Shown piece after piece: positions 56,406 to 64,000 of a stretch of 64,000 nucleotides of DNA (position 1 is the stretch's first letter; each line of letters begins with the position of its first letter). The position numbers and the translations under genes were made by a program. Under the pieces are notes generated by a model. The model saw only the letters and a program-made list of their open reading frames with translations, searched no databases and was not told where the DNA came from. Source of the DNA: an uncultured Bacteroidales bacterium (GTDB lineage: Bacteria; Bacteroidota; Bacteroidia; Bacteroidales; WCHB1-69); the NCBI GenBank assembly GCA_946413585.1, contig CAMKLG010000011.1, forward strand, positions 1,717 through 65,716, written 5' to 3'.

Positions 56406-59015
56406 TCATTCGTCTCGGAGGCAGCGGACAGAATAACCCTCTGATGGATTTTGTGTGTCACGTATAACAGTTGGACTATCATAAGTTAATTTTCTACGCC
56501 AAGCAGTTGTTCCTGAAAGCGTAGAACTCCAATAATACGCGCCCTCTCCATATTTCCAATATTCACCGTTATAAGCACCTGCCGGAAGTATTCCAAAGTC
56601 GAGCAAATTATTGTCTGATGGAGCATTTCCGACGGCACATTCTACAGAAGAACTGTTCCAGCCTGAATTCGAAGCTATGGATTTTGCAATATTTTCAGTA
56701 TTGCCACCACATAAATTCACGTGATGATCAGAAAGATAATCAGTCAACTGAGTCCATTCGGCATCACTGGGTATATGCCAGCCTGCAGGACATAGCTTTT
56801 GGATTGACTGTATAGAACTTGAAACCGCTAACGAAAAACCAGAATTAGTAACACTACCATCTGAGGTAAATCTTAAAGTCAATGGTCCAGATTGAGAAGT
56901 GACATTTAAAGAACCTGATCCCTGATAACTTCCTATTTGCTGTGACGTACCTATTCCATCATAAACATAAATATGGTCGCAACAATTCTCTGTATTATAA
57001 TCACCTGCAATGGTAAGTCGAGCACCTTCAACTGCTGGAACCAATACTACCGTAGCATTACGACTATTTGCATAATTGCCATCTGGTCCACCATTATCAT
57101 AAATCATCATCAGAGAATTAACAGTAAGCGTTACTTCTCCTGACTCTGGCATACTATAGCTTGACATATTCGTTGAAGCAATCCATTTGTAAAGATAACC
57201 ATATTCCTGTACAATTGTCGAATCGTTATTGGGATAGTATCTTAGAGCCACCGTTGGAGAAATAGAATTACCCAACGCTATTCCCGCTCCGTCAGTATAA
57301 TGAGTAACACGCAAGTTCTCTTTCATCCAGCATTGCGAACCAATTTGCACCGTGTTATACTGGTTCCCGTCATAGTCAGTGAGGGTCGTCACCCCACAAC
57401 CTCCAGACATTATCGTCCGCTCCTCCCCATAGCTAACCCCTGCATGATTGACTGCGTATGCCCGTACATAATAGGTAACTTCTCCCGACAGTCCGGAAAT
57501 GATTGCCGAGAATTGAGCCACACCAACCCCTTGAATATGATTGTCCTCTATTGTAGGATTATGAGAGGTGCTCCAACAGAAACCGTAATTCGTTATCTCT
57601 GAACCTGCATCTTGACAGAATCCTTTTGCCATAGCTTGAGTCGATGTGTTCCGGGTAGCCTCCGTAGTATGAACTACAGAAAGTTCATCCAACTGTTTCA
57701 CGCAACGGACGGAATAGGCATTGGACTTAGTTCCTGTATTGCGAATCATTCTGTTGTCATCATAATTCATGTACCGATTCCACCCACTGGTTGAACTATT
57801 TTCTCTGGTACTCCAAAAACTAGCGTTTGTGCTGAAAGCATAGTAGTTGTCTGTACGGTAGCCAGCAGGATATGACGCATATCCCGTAACATTATTGTTC
57901 TCTTGGCTATTTCCGACATAACACCCCGTACTAGATGAACTCCATCCAGATCTCGAAGCCAAAGCCTTTGCTATCTGTCCGTCATAGCCACTGCAACGAT
58001 AACGGGAAATGCCATTCACAAAGCTTGTCAATTCCGTCCATTCGGCATCGCTCGGCACATGCCAACCCTGAGGGCATATACCTGTCACACCTGAGGGGTT
58101 GTCATTGGAAGAAGGGGCTCCGTGCATCACCGCCGGCCAATTGTACAAGTATCCATAATTCACAAGATTAGTGGCAGTGAGCGCATTGTAGTTGATATAA
58201 TAGTAAGGTGATGTGCTCGAGGTTGGCTGGTTGTTTCCCAACGGAATAGCCGTTCCGTCGTTGTAATGCGTGGTACGGAGGTTCTCGTGGGTCCAGCACT
58301 GCTGGCCGATCACCACCGTATTATAGACATTGCCGTCGTAGTCGGCCACCTTACCGCAGTGGGTGGGCCAGTTGCGGGTGATGGTGTTGTTCACGAGAGA
58401 ACCAGGGCCGCCTGCCACAGCTGGGCCATTGTCGCCACGGCACTCGGTAATCACACAGTTGGTGAGGACACCGTTGTTGCGAATGTAAGCGCCACCGCCT
58501 TCGGCCGTGCGGGCACTTTCTTGGATGGCATCGCACTCACGGATCACGCAGTAGCGCACCATGCCACCGTCAATCAACACACCGCCGCCCTGTCCCGTGG
58601 TAACCCCTCTACGCATCACGCAGCCCTCCAAAAGCCCGTTCACCACGGCGATACGGTTCGAACCGCCACCGGTAAGTATCGTGCAGACTGCTGCGTTCTC
58701 CCACCGGCTGTTGGTGCCAGGAAGTTCCCGACCTGCGGTGTCCGTGCCCGACAGTGTGAGACGATAGCCGCCCTTCACAGAAACGCCTGCAGGAATGTTC
58801 AGTTGCGACCCCACGCTATAGCTACCGGCCTTCACATACACCGTGCCGTTGTTACCCGCCGCCGCAATGCCCGCCGCTATGGTCTGCTTTGCCGTCCCCC
58901 ACGTCTGGCCATTGTTACTATCATTCCCTGAGGAAGAGACAAAGACCTGCGTCTGCGCGTACGCCATTGACACCGCACAGCACATTATTGCCATTATGAT
59001 TGTTCGTATATTCAT
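56406..59015 (-). CDS. secreted truncated beta-helix + FISUMP + FN3-like + FISUMP (with CUB insert) protein B
   Basis: Same N-domain; two DYDGN.Y.TV.IG.QCW..ENLR domains; GFCWSTSHNPT...TYYVRAYA; YDNGG..GNY...FTSDGSV...GF CUB. Confidence 0.87.
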   Translation of the reverse strand: MNIRTIIMAIMCCAVSMAYAQTQVFVSSSGNDSNNGQTWGTAKQTIAAGIAAAGNNGTVYVKAGSYSVGSQLNIPAGVSVKGGYRLTLSGTDTAGRELPGTNSRWENAAVCTILTGGGSNRIAVVNGLLEGCVMRRGVTTGQGGGVLIDGGMVRYCVIRECDAIQESARTAEGGGAYIRNNGVLTNCVITECRGDNGPAVAGGPGSLVNNTITRNWPTHCGKVADYDGNVYNTVVIGQQCWTHENLRTTHYNDGTAIPLGNNQPTSSTSPYYYINYNALTATNLVNYGYLYNWPAVMHGAPSSNDNPSGVTGICPQGWHVPSDAEWTELTSFVNGISRYRCSGYDGQIAKALASRSGWSSSSTGCYVGNSQENNNVTGYASYPAGYRTDNYYAFSTNASFWSTRENSSTSGWNRYMNYDDNRMIRNTGTKSNAYSVRCVKQLDELSVVHTTEATRNTSTQAMAKGFCQDAGSEITNYGFCWSTSHNPTIEDNHIQGVGVAQFSAIISGLSGEVTYYVRAYAVNHAGVSYGEERTIMSGGCGVTTLTDYDGNQYNTVQIGSQCWMKENLRVTHYTDGAGIALGNSISPTVALRYYPNNDSTIVQEYGYLYKWIASTNMSSYSMPESGEVTLTVNSLMMIYDNGGPDGNYANSRNATVVLVPAVEGARLTIAGDYNTENCCDHIYVYDGIGTSQQIGSYQGSGSLNVTSQSGPLTLRFTSDGSVTNSGFSLAVSSSIQSIQKLCPAGWHIPSDAEWTQLTDYLSDHHVNLCGGNTENIAKSIASNSGWNSSSVECAVGNAPSDNNLLDFGILPAGAYNGEYWKYGEGAYYWSSTLSGTTAWRRKLTYDSPTVIRDTQNPSEGYSVRCLRDE

Positions 59016-59054
59016 TGTTTTGTCGTATATTCGTTTATGTTATTATTTCGCGGT

Positions 59055-59082
59055 GTAGAGACGCAAAATATTGCGTCTCTAC
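59055..59082. repeat. GTAG-type REP palindrome
   Basis: GTAGAGACGCAAAATATTGCGTCTCTAC. Confidence 0.85.
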
Positions 59083-59102
59083 AGTTCTCTTTATTCGTCG
59101 TT

Positions 59103-60422
59103 TTATTCCGAATCTTTGAGACAGCGAAGGGAACGTCCTTCAGACGTTTCACCATAATAAATTCTTACATAACTCTGTCCGTAATCGAGAAAAAGGTAGT
59201 AAACGTAGCTACCTGTCACAGTAGTACTCCACAAATAGGCATATCCAGCGAAATGATAAGCATAAGAAGAAGAGCGAAAACCCGCAGGCATAACACCAAA
59301 ACGCGTGGCATTATTATTGGCAGGAGTATTACCTATAGCACAGTTGTTACTATATAAGTCCCATCCTGTTTTAGAAGCCAACGCTTTGGATATGTTGGCG
59401 GAATTTCCACCACACCACCAAGCACTTCGAGAGGAAACAAAATTTATTAATTGATTCCATTCAGCATAGCTCGGCACATGCCAACCCTCAGGGCAAACAC
59501 CCTGCACGCCGCTGGGGTTGGCATTGGAAGTAGCTGATCCATGCATCACAGCCGCCCAATTGTAAAGCAGACCGTATGCAACTACATTACTGGCACTATT
59601 ATTGGGGTAATACCAATATGCAACCGTTGAACTTGTAGAAGAATTGGTCGGTATCGCCGTGCCATCTGAATAGTGCGTTGTTCGCAAGTTCTCCTTCATC
59701 CAGCATTGGGAGCCAATCTGCACAGTGTGGTAAGTATTGCCGTCGTAGTCGGTAACGGTACCGCACTGGGAAGGCCAGTTGCGGGTGATGGTGTTGTTGA
59801 TGAGGCTGCCGTCCTCGCCGGAAACGCCCGCACCGTTGTCGCCCCGGCACTCGGTTACCACGCTGTTGAGCAACATGCCGTTGTTCTTCACGTAGGCGCC
59901 GCCGCCCTCGGCCGTGCCGTCGTCATCGTGGATGGCATCGTTCCAAATCAGCACACAGTAGCGCGCCGTGCCCCCGTCAATCAGCAAGCCGCCACCCATG
60001 GTGTTGGTAAAGCCATAACGGGCCACGCAGCCGTCCAAAGTGCCGTTCACCGTGGCAATGCGGTGGTTGCCCGCGCCGGAGATAATGGTGCACCACGAGG
60101 TGTTGCCCCAATTGCTGTTGATGCCGGGGAGTCGCCGCAGGGAGGTGTCGGTGCCGGCAGAAGACTGCTGGTAGCCGCCCATCACCGTCACGCCGGCGGG
60201 AATGGTGAGCTCGGCGGTGGTGGCGTAATTGCCGGCCTTCACAAACACCGTGCCGTTGCCGCCCGCCGCAGCGATGCCCGCCGCAATGGTCTTCTTAGCC
60301 GTCTCCCACGTGGTGCCGTCGCCGTTGTCGTTGGAGGCGGAAGCGGAAACAAAAACCGTGTTTTGCGCCTGTAAGCCTGCCAGAAGGAGGACACAAAAAG
60401 CAAATAAAAGATATCTTTTCAT
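59103..60422 (-). CDS. secreted truncated beta-helix + FISUMP protein C
   Basis: Signal peptide MKRYLLFAFCVLLLAGLQAQ, same N-domain ending NNTITRNWP, FISUMP ending GRSLRCLKD. Confidence 0.87.
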   Translation of the reverse strand: MKRYLLFAFCVLLLAGLQAQNTVFVSASASNDNGDGTTWETAKKTIAAGIAAAGGNGTVFVKAGNYATTAELTIPAGVTVMGGYQQSSAGTDTSLRRLPGINSNWGNTSWCTIISGAGNHRIATVNGTLDGCVARYGFTNTMGGGLLIDGGTARYCVLIWNDAIHDDDGTAEGGGAYVKNNGMLLNSVVTECRGDNGAGVSGEDGSLINNTITRNWPSQCGTVTDYDGNTYHTVQIGSQCWMKENLRTTHYSDGTAIPTNSSTSSTVAYWYYPNNSASNVVAYGLLYNWAAVMHGSATSNANPSGVQGVCPEGWHVPSYAEWNQLINFVSSRSAWWCGGNSANISKALASKTGWDLYSNNCAIGNTPANNNATRFGVMPAGFRSSSYAYHFAGYAYLWSTTVTGSYVYYLFLDYGQSYVRIYYGETSEGRSLRCLKDSE

Positions 60423-60585
60423 TGGAAACATTTTTTCAACTTTTACCATATACATTTCATCTTGCAAAGATGCAACTGTTTTTAATTAATACAATATAAT
60501 GTGGAGAAAAATTGTGTGGAGACAGACTTCAGGTTTCAGGTTCCAGGTTTCAAGTTTCAGAGAACACCTGACACCTGATATGGAG

Positions 60586-60607
60586 GCGACTGCGTCCCCG
60601 CAGTCGC
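60586..60607. repeat. GC-rich hairpin (9-bp stem, 4-nt loop) 13 nt after the stop of 60621-63239
   Basis: GCGACTGCG-TCCC-CGCAGTCGC. Confidence 0.8.
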
Positions 60608-60620
60608 AAGCAGAATCCGC

Positions 60621-63239
60621 CTACAGCGTGCGGATGAGCCGCACGGACTGCCCCCAGTAGCACTCTACGCCCTGATAGGGGAATACACGGCCCGAGGATC
60701 CGAAGAAAGCCATGCGATAGGCGTACCGTTGCTCCACATAACTGCCTGCCGCATAATAAGGATAGCCCCATGAGGACCAGTAGGCGCCAGCATTTCCAAC
60801 CTGCGTCACTGTGAAAGAGTTCAGACTAGTGCTTGTCCTGCAGCGAAAACCAGCTGCGGGAAGGAATACAGCCCCTGCATCCTCCAAGATTGCCCAAGAA
60901 GCCGTATCATAAACATTCACCGTATAATCATGGATATTCGGAATGTAATCAACGCTGTCGGGCATCTGCCAGTTGTCAGGCAGAAGAATCATGCCCGGCA
61001 CATCCACCACGGTGGCGAACGTGTGGAGTAAATCTGCGTTCGGACGACCGGTCATGAGATAATTCCATTCGGCAAACTCAGGGGTGCGCCATAGGCCGGC
61101 CACGCTGTCTCCATTTGAGATGGGATTACGTCCCCAGTCATAAAAGACATTGCCTCCCCCATTGTTATAATACGTGTTGTTATTTGGGACGTATGTCGGA
61201 TCGTTACCGGTTCCCCAAGAGAAGAGGTCTATCCAATCAGTGTAAGTATGGTCACCGCTGGTAAGGTTCAGGTTATCCATACCTATCATGTCATACTGTT
61301 GCTCAGCAAACCGCCACGTGTTCGTGGAAGGCTGGTATTGGAGATTTCCTTTCGAGAAGGTGGCGTATGTGTTGATTTTCACACGGAAACTGTCAATACG
61401 ATGAGTATAGGCAATAAGTTGAAGGGAATCGCCCAACAAGGTCGAGAAATCATCTTGCGGTGTAAGCCAAGCGACAGCGCGTTGAGGCAAAGAATCAGGT
61501 CCCAAACGCCATCTGGTTGTTCTCTCCACAGAAGGGTCAATAGTAGAATAGGTAGTAACGAGAAATAATGTATCTTCCAACTCACCGTCACCTTCCTTTA
61601 TTTTGATGTGCAGTGCCATAGGACGCTTGTGCGCCACCGGAATATGATCAAAGGCTGTCACCCGTAACTTGATGGGATTTTGCAACAAACTGTCAGGCTT
61701 CCCTACCTGTCCGTTTCCCGAAGGACATGTAACAACAGGGGTAGTGCAATAGTGCGCATCCTCCCCCACATTGTTAAACCATTCCATGCAAAACGAAATG
61801 TCATCTGGAGCATTAGCGTATGCTAAACAGCGGGTAACAGAGTTTAAAATTTCTTCGGCAGCCGTGACAATCTTATTCATCTTACCAATGGTCTTCAAAA
61901 CATTTTGCAACTTCATGTGTTTTATATCCATACAATGTGAAGCAGTGCTAAAAGGGTTGGCAGAATGTTCAGCACTATTAATCAGGGAACCGGTTCCCGC
62001 TTGCCTCACATTATCAAAAATCGTACCGACCATCTTTTTCCTTTGATCCGTATTAAGAGAAGAAAAACCACTCGTCAAAAGATTGTCTGTAATTCCATTT
62101 ACCACACTAGAAAAAGCGTCATAAACGGCATTATAAAGACAGGATCCCATATCAACCTGTAATCCTGCAAGAGAAAGCAACGGGAGCACAAACGTTTTCA
62201 AGCCGAATTCAGCTTTGGCTTGATTACTCCTACAAGTAAGATTAAAGAAAATCTGATCACGATGAAGTGAACTCATGTCAATGGTGGAATATTCTCCCAT
62301 ATTAAAATCAGACCAACTGGCATCTTGAGAAAACAATTGTGAGACAAAGAAACCAGCAGTACTCCACAAACCATAGTTTTCACGTGTTCGCACTGCAAAA
62401 AAAGGCTTCAGTACGTTTCCATCCTTATCTTTCACTGTACCGAAATATGACGGATTCAGATTCCGCATCCGCAAATTCACAATACTGCCGGAAGTCTCCA
62501 CGAGCATTGTATTGTTACCTTGTTCGTAAGAAAACATCATTGGTGTAGGAGGAGTAATCTGCTGATAAATCTGGGCGAAAACCATTCCAAGAGCTTCATA
62601 CATCGGGTCATTCAATGTATCGTCCAAAGACCTGTTGGCCGCAATGGACTGGGCAACCAGGCTGTAAAGTGTCGGGAAACTCTCACATTGCTCTGCAATG
62701 GCGCAAAATTGTCCGTAATCGCTGTCCAAAACGGAATCGAACGGCATTACCCACGACAACAGTGCCATCACCGTGCTCATGGTGTCAATCACGATTGTTT
62801 CGTCAGGGTTCAACACACCCCTGTAGAGCATGAACGGCAGCGTATCCAAATTCGTCACCACTATCAACTGCCGATAATCGCCCCGTAATGCGGTAACGGT
62901 GAAATTCGTGTCTGATACAGGGAGCACATCCGTCAAGGTCATCACCAACATGCTGTCGGGATTGCCGCCCCTGACCACACCGTTAAGCGTCACCTCCGGA
63001 CCGAAATAGAACATGCTGTCCACCTCGTCCACAGCAAAGGTGTAAAGGCTGTCGATCGTGACCACATGCTGCATCAACACCCCGTTGGCATCATGACTGT
63101 AATAGACACTGTCAACACTGTTCAGGGTGATGACGGTGTCGGGCAAGTGCAGCACAAGACTGTTTTGCGCAAAAAGACGATTCGCAGAGAATGACAGAAC
63201 CGTCGTTATCATTATAAAGAACAGGTATCTTTTCATCAT
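60621..63239 (-). CDS. secreted protein with C-terminal CLec/FISUMP-related domain (FSKGNLQY type)
   Basis: Signal peptide; FSKGNLQYQ...WRFAE.Q..DLFSWG...GAVFLPAAG...YWSS...GQSVRL. Confidence 0.8.
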   Translation of the reverse strand: MMKRYLFFIMITTVLSFSANRLFAQNSLVLHLPDTVITLNSVDSVYYSHDANGVLMQHVVTIDSLYTFAVDEVDSMFYFGPEVTLNGVVRGGNPDSMLVMTLTDVLPVSDTNFTVTALRGDYRQLIVVTNLDTLPFMLYRGVLNPDETIVIDTMSTVMALLSWVMPFDSVLDSDYGQFCAIAEQCESFPTLYSLVAQSIAANRSLDDTLNDPMYEALGMVFAQIYQQITPPTPMMFSYEQGNNTMLVETSGSIVNLRMRNLNPSYFGTVKDKDGNVLKPFFAVRTRENYGLWSTAGFFVSQLFSQDASWSDFNMGEYSTIDMSSLHRDQIFFNLTCRSNQAKAEFGLKTFVLPLLSLAGLQVDMGSCLYNAVYDAFSSVVNGITDNLLTSGFSSLNTDQRKKMVGTIFDNVRQAGTGSLINSAEHSANPFSTASHCMDIKHMKLQNVLKTIGKMNKIVTAAEEILNSVTRCLAYANAPDDISFCMEWFNNVGEDAHYCTTPVVTCPSGNGQVGKPDSLLQNPIKLRVTAFDHIPVAHKRPMALHIKIKEGDGELEDTLFLVTTYSTIDPSVERTTRWRLGPDSLPQRAVAWLTPQDDFSTLLGDSLQLIAYTHRIDSFRVKINTYATFSKGNLQYQPSTNTWRFAEQQYDMIGMDNLNLTSGDHTYTDWIDLFSWGTGNDPTYVPNNNTYYNNGGGNVFYDWGRNPISNGDSVAGLWRTPEFAEWNYLMTGRPNADLLHTFATVVDVPGMILLPDNWQMPDSVDYIPNIHDYTVNVYDTASWAILEDAGAVFLPAAGFRCRTSTSLNSFTVTQVGNAGAYWSSWGYPYYAAGSYVEQRYAYRMAFFGSSGRVFPYQGVECYWGQSVRLIRTL

Positions 63240-64000
63240 TGCTTCACTATTTTATACGATTTGCCATTAACTTGTAAAACATAAAAACCTGATGCATAGC
63301 CATAAAGGGAGATTGTGGCGGTAGCTCCGGAAAGGACACGCTCGCGTTTCAGCAATTGTCCGTTGACGGAATAGAGCGAGACCAGCGCATCAGCGTCGTC
63401 ACACACGATGGTGATCTGCTGCCCGTTAAAGCTGAAACGGAAATGTTCCTGCTGAAAATCGGTGACAGACACGTCATCGATGACGTAAAGATTGTAGTTC
63501 AACACGCTGTCGCAGCCTGCCGAGGAGGTGAAGGTAAACGTTGTAGTGGCAGGGCCATCAAAGGTCTCGCCATTAAAGTCGTGCGGCAATTGGCTCGCCA
63601 ACACCGTGTCATAATAAGACTCGTAAACGGTCGGAATCACCGCCAGCGTCATGACCACCGTGCTGTCCGCACCCGTAGAAGCAGTGAACGTCGCACTTTG
63701 CGTTCCAGCACCGGTAAATGTCACGCCGTTCCAGGTCAGCGGCAGAGCATTCTCGCAGACGATACTGTCAACGCTGACCGTGACGTTCTCGTAAACGGTC
63801 AAGTGAACGGTAAGGACGCTGTCGCAACCGGCGGCGTTCGTAAGGTTCTGGGTGTAGGTGTCGGCCGCACTATACGTGATGCCGTTAAGGACGAGCGGCA
63901 AGGCGTTCTCCACAATGGCCGTGTCGATGGTGCCGTAGGTGGCCGGCAGCACCGCCAGCGTCATGACCACCGTGCTGTCCGCACCCGTAGAAGCAGTGAA
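63236..64000 (-). CDS. C-terminal end of a GCDS-repeat surface protein with T9SS type A CTD (5' part outside window)
   Basis: GCDS/GADS repeats like those of the giant protein; LYSVNGQL...GFYVLQVNGKSYKIVK. Confidence 0.85.
   Translation of the reverse strand, partial: FTASTGADSTVVMTLAVLPATYGTIDTAIVENALPLVLNGITYSAADTYTQNLTNAAGCDSVLTVHLTVYENVTVSVDSIVCENALPLTWNGVTFTGAGTQSATFTASTGADSTVVMTLAVIPTVYESYYDTVLASQLPHDFNGETFDGPATTTFTFTSSAGCDSVLNYNLYVIDDVSVTDFQQEHFRFSFNGQQITIVCDDADALVSLYSVNGQLLKRERVLSGATATISLYGYASGFYVLQVNGKSYKIVKQ

Noticed and set aside
54846-63239. Diversity-generating retroelement acting on FISUMP/CLec C-termini
   Set aside because: No reverse transcriptase and no TR/VR pair with adenine-only mismatches are visible. 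The C-termini differ at all base types.

Overview
Bacteroidota (Bacteroidales-like) chromosomal window, judged from TAnnTTTG promoters, gldH, T9SS C-terminal domains and FISUMP proteins. 1-7.5 kb: accessory metabolic and stress genes, two gene remnants and an SF1 helicase. 7.7-28 kb: a large co-oriented locus in which five copies of one double-glycine-type leader peptide (four complete with unrelated short cores, one truncated; two are missing from the ORF track) are interleaved with three membrane sensor-PP2C/SpoIIE phosphatases. The locus also holds an anti-sigma kinase/STAS pair, an S8 protease and a complete NHLM-type C39/ABC/adaptor/TolC exporter, but no modifying enzyme, so it is a candidate peptide-signalling system read out by partner switching. 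29.6-45.5 kb: mostly housekeeping genes (gldH, ricT, secDF, ettA, tyrS, nfeD-floA, 5'-nucleotidase part, FGE domain, TonB receptor). 45.7-64 kb: a surface-protein cluster. A 3048-aa T9SS protein begins with eight tandem choice-of-anchor-Q-like beta-helix caps, and three upstream CTD-less proteins carry a beta-helix that stops where such a cap normally begins, fused to variable FISUMP domains. This suggests a split-beta-helix scaffold and cargo system. Heptamer microsatellites and REP-like palindromes are frequent. No rRNA, tRNA, CRISPR, transposase or reverse transcriptase was recognised. All family assignments are by motif recognition, not database search.
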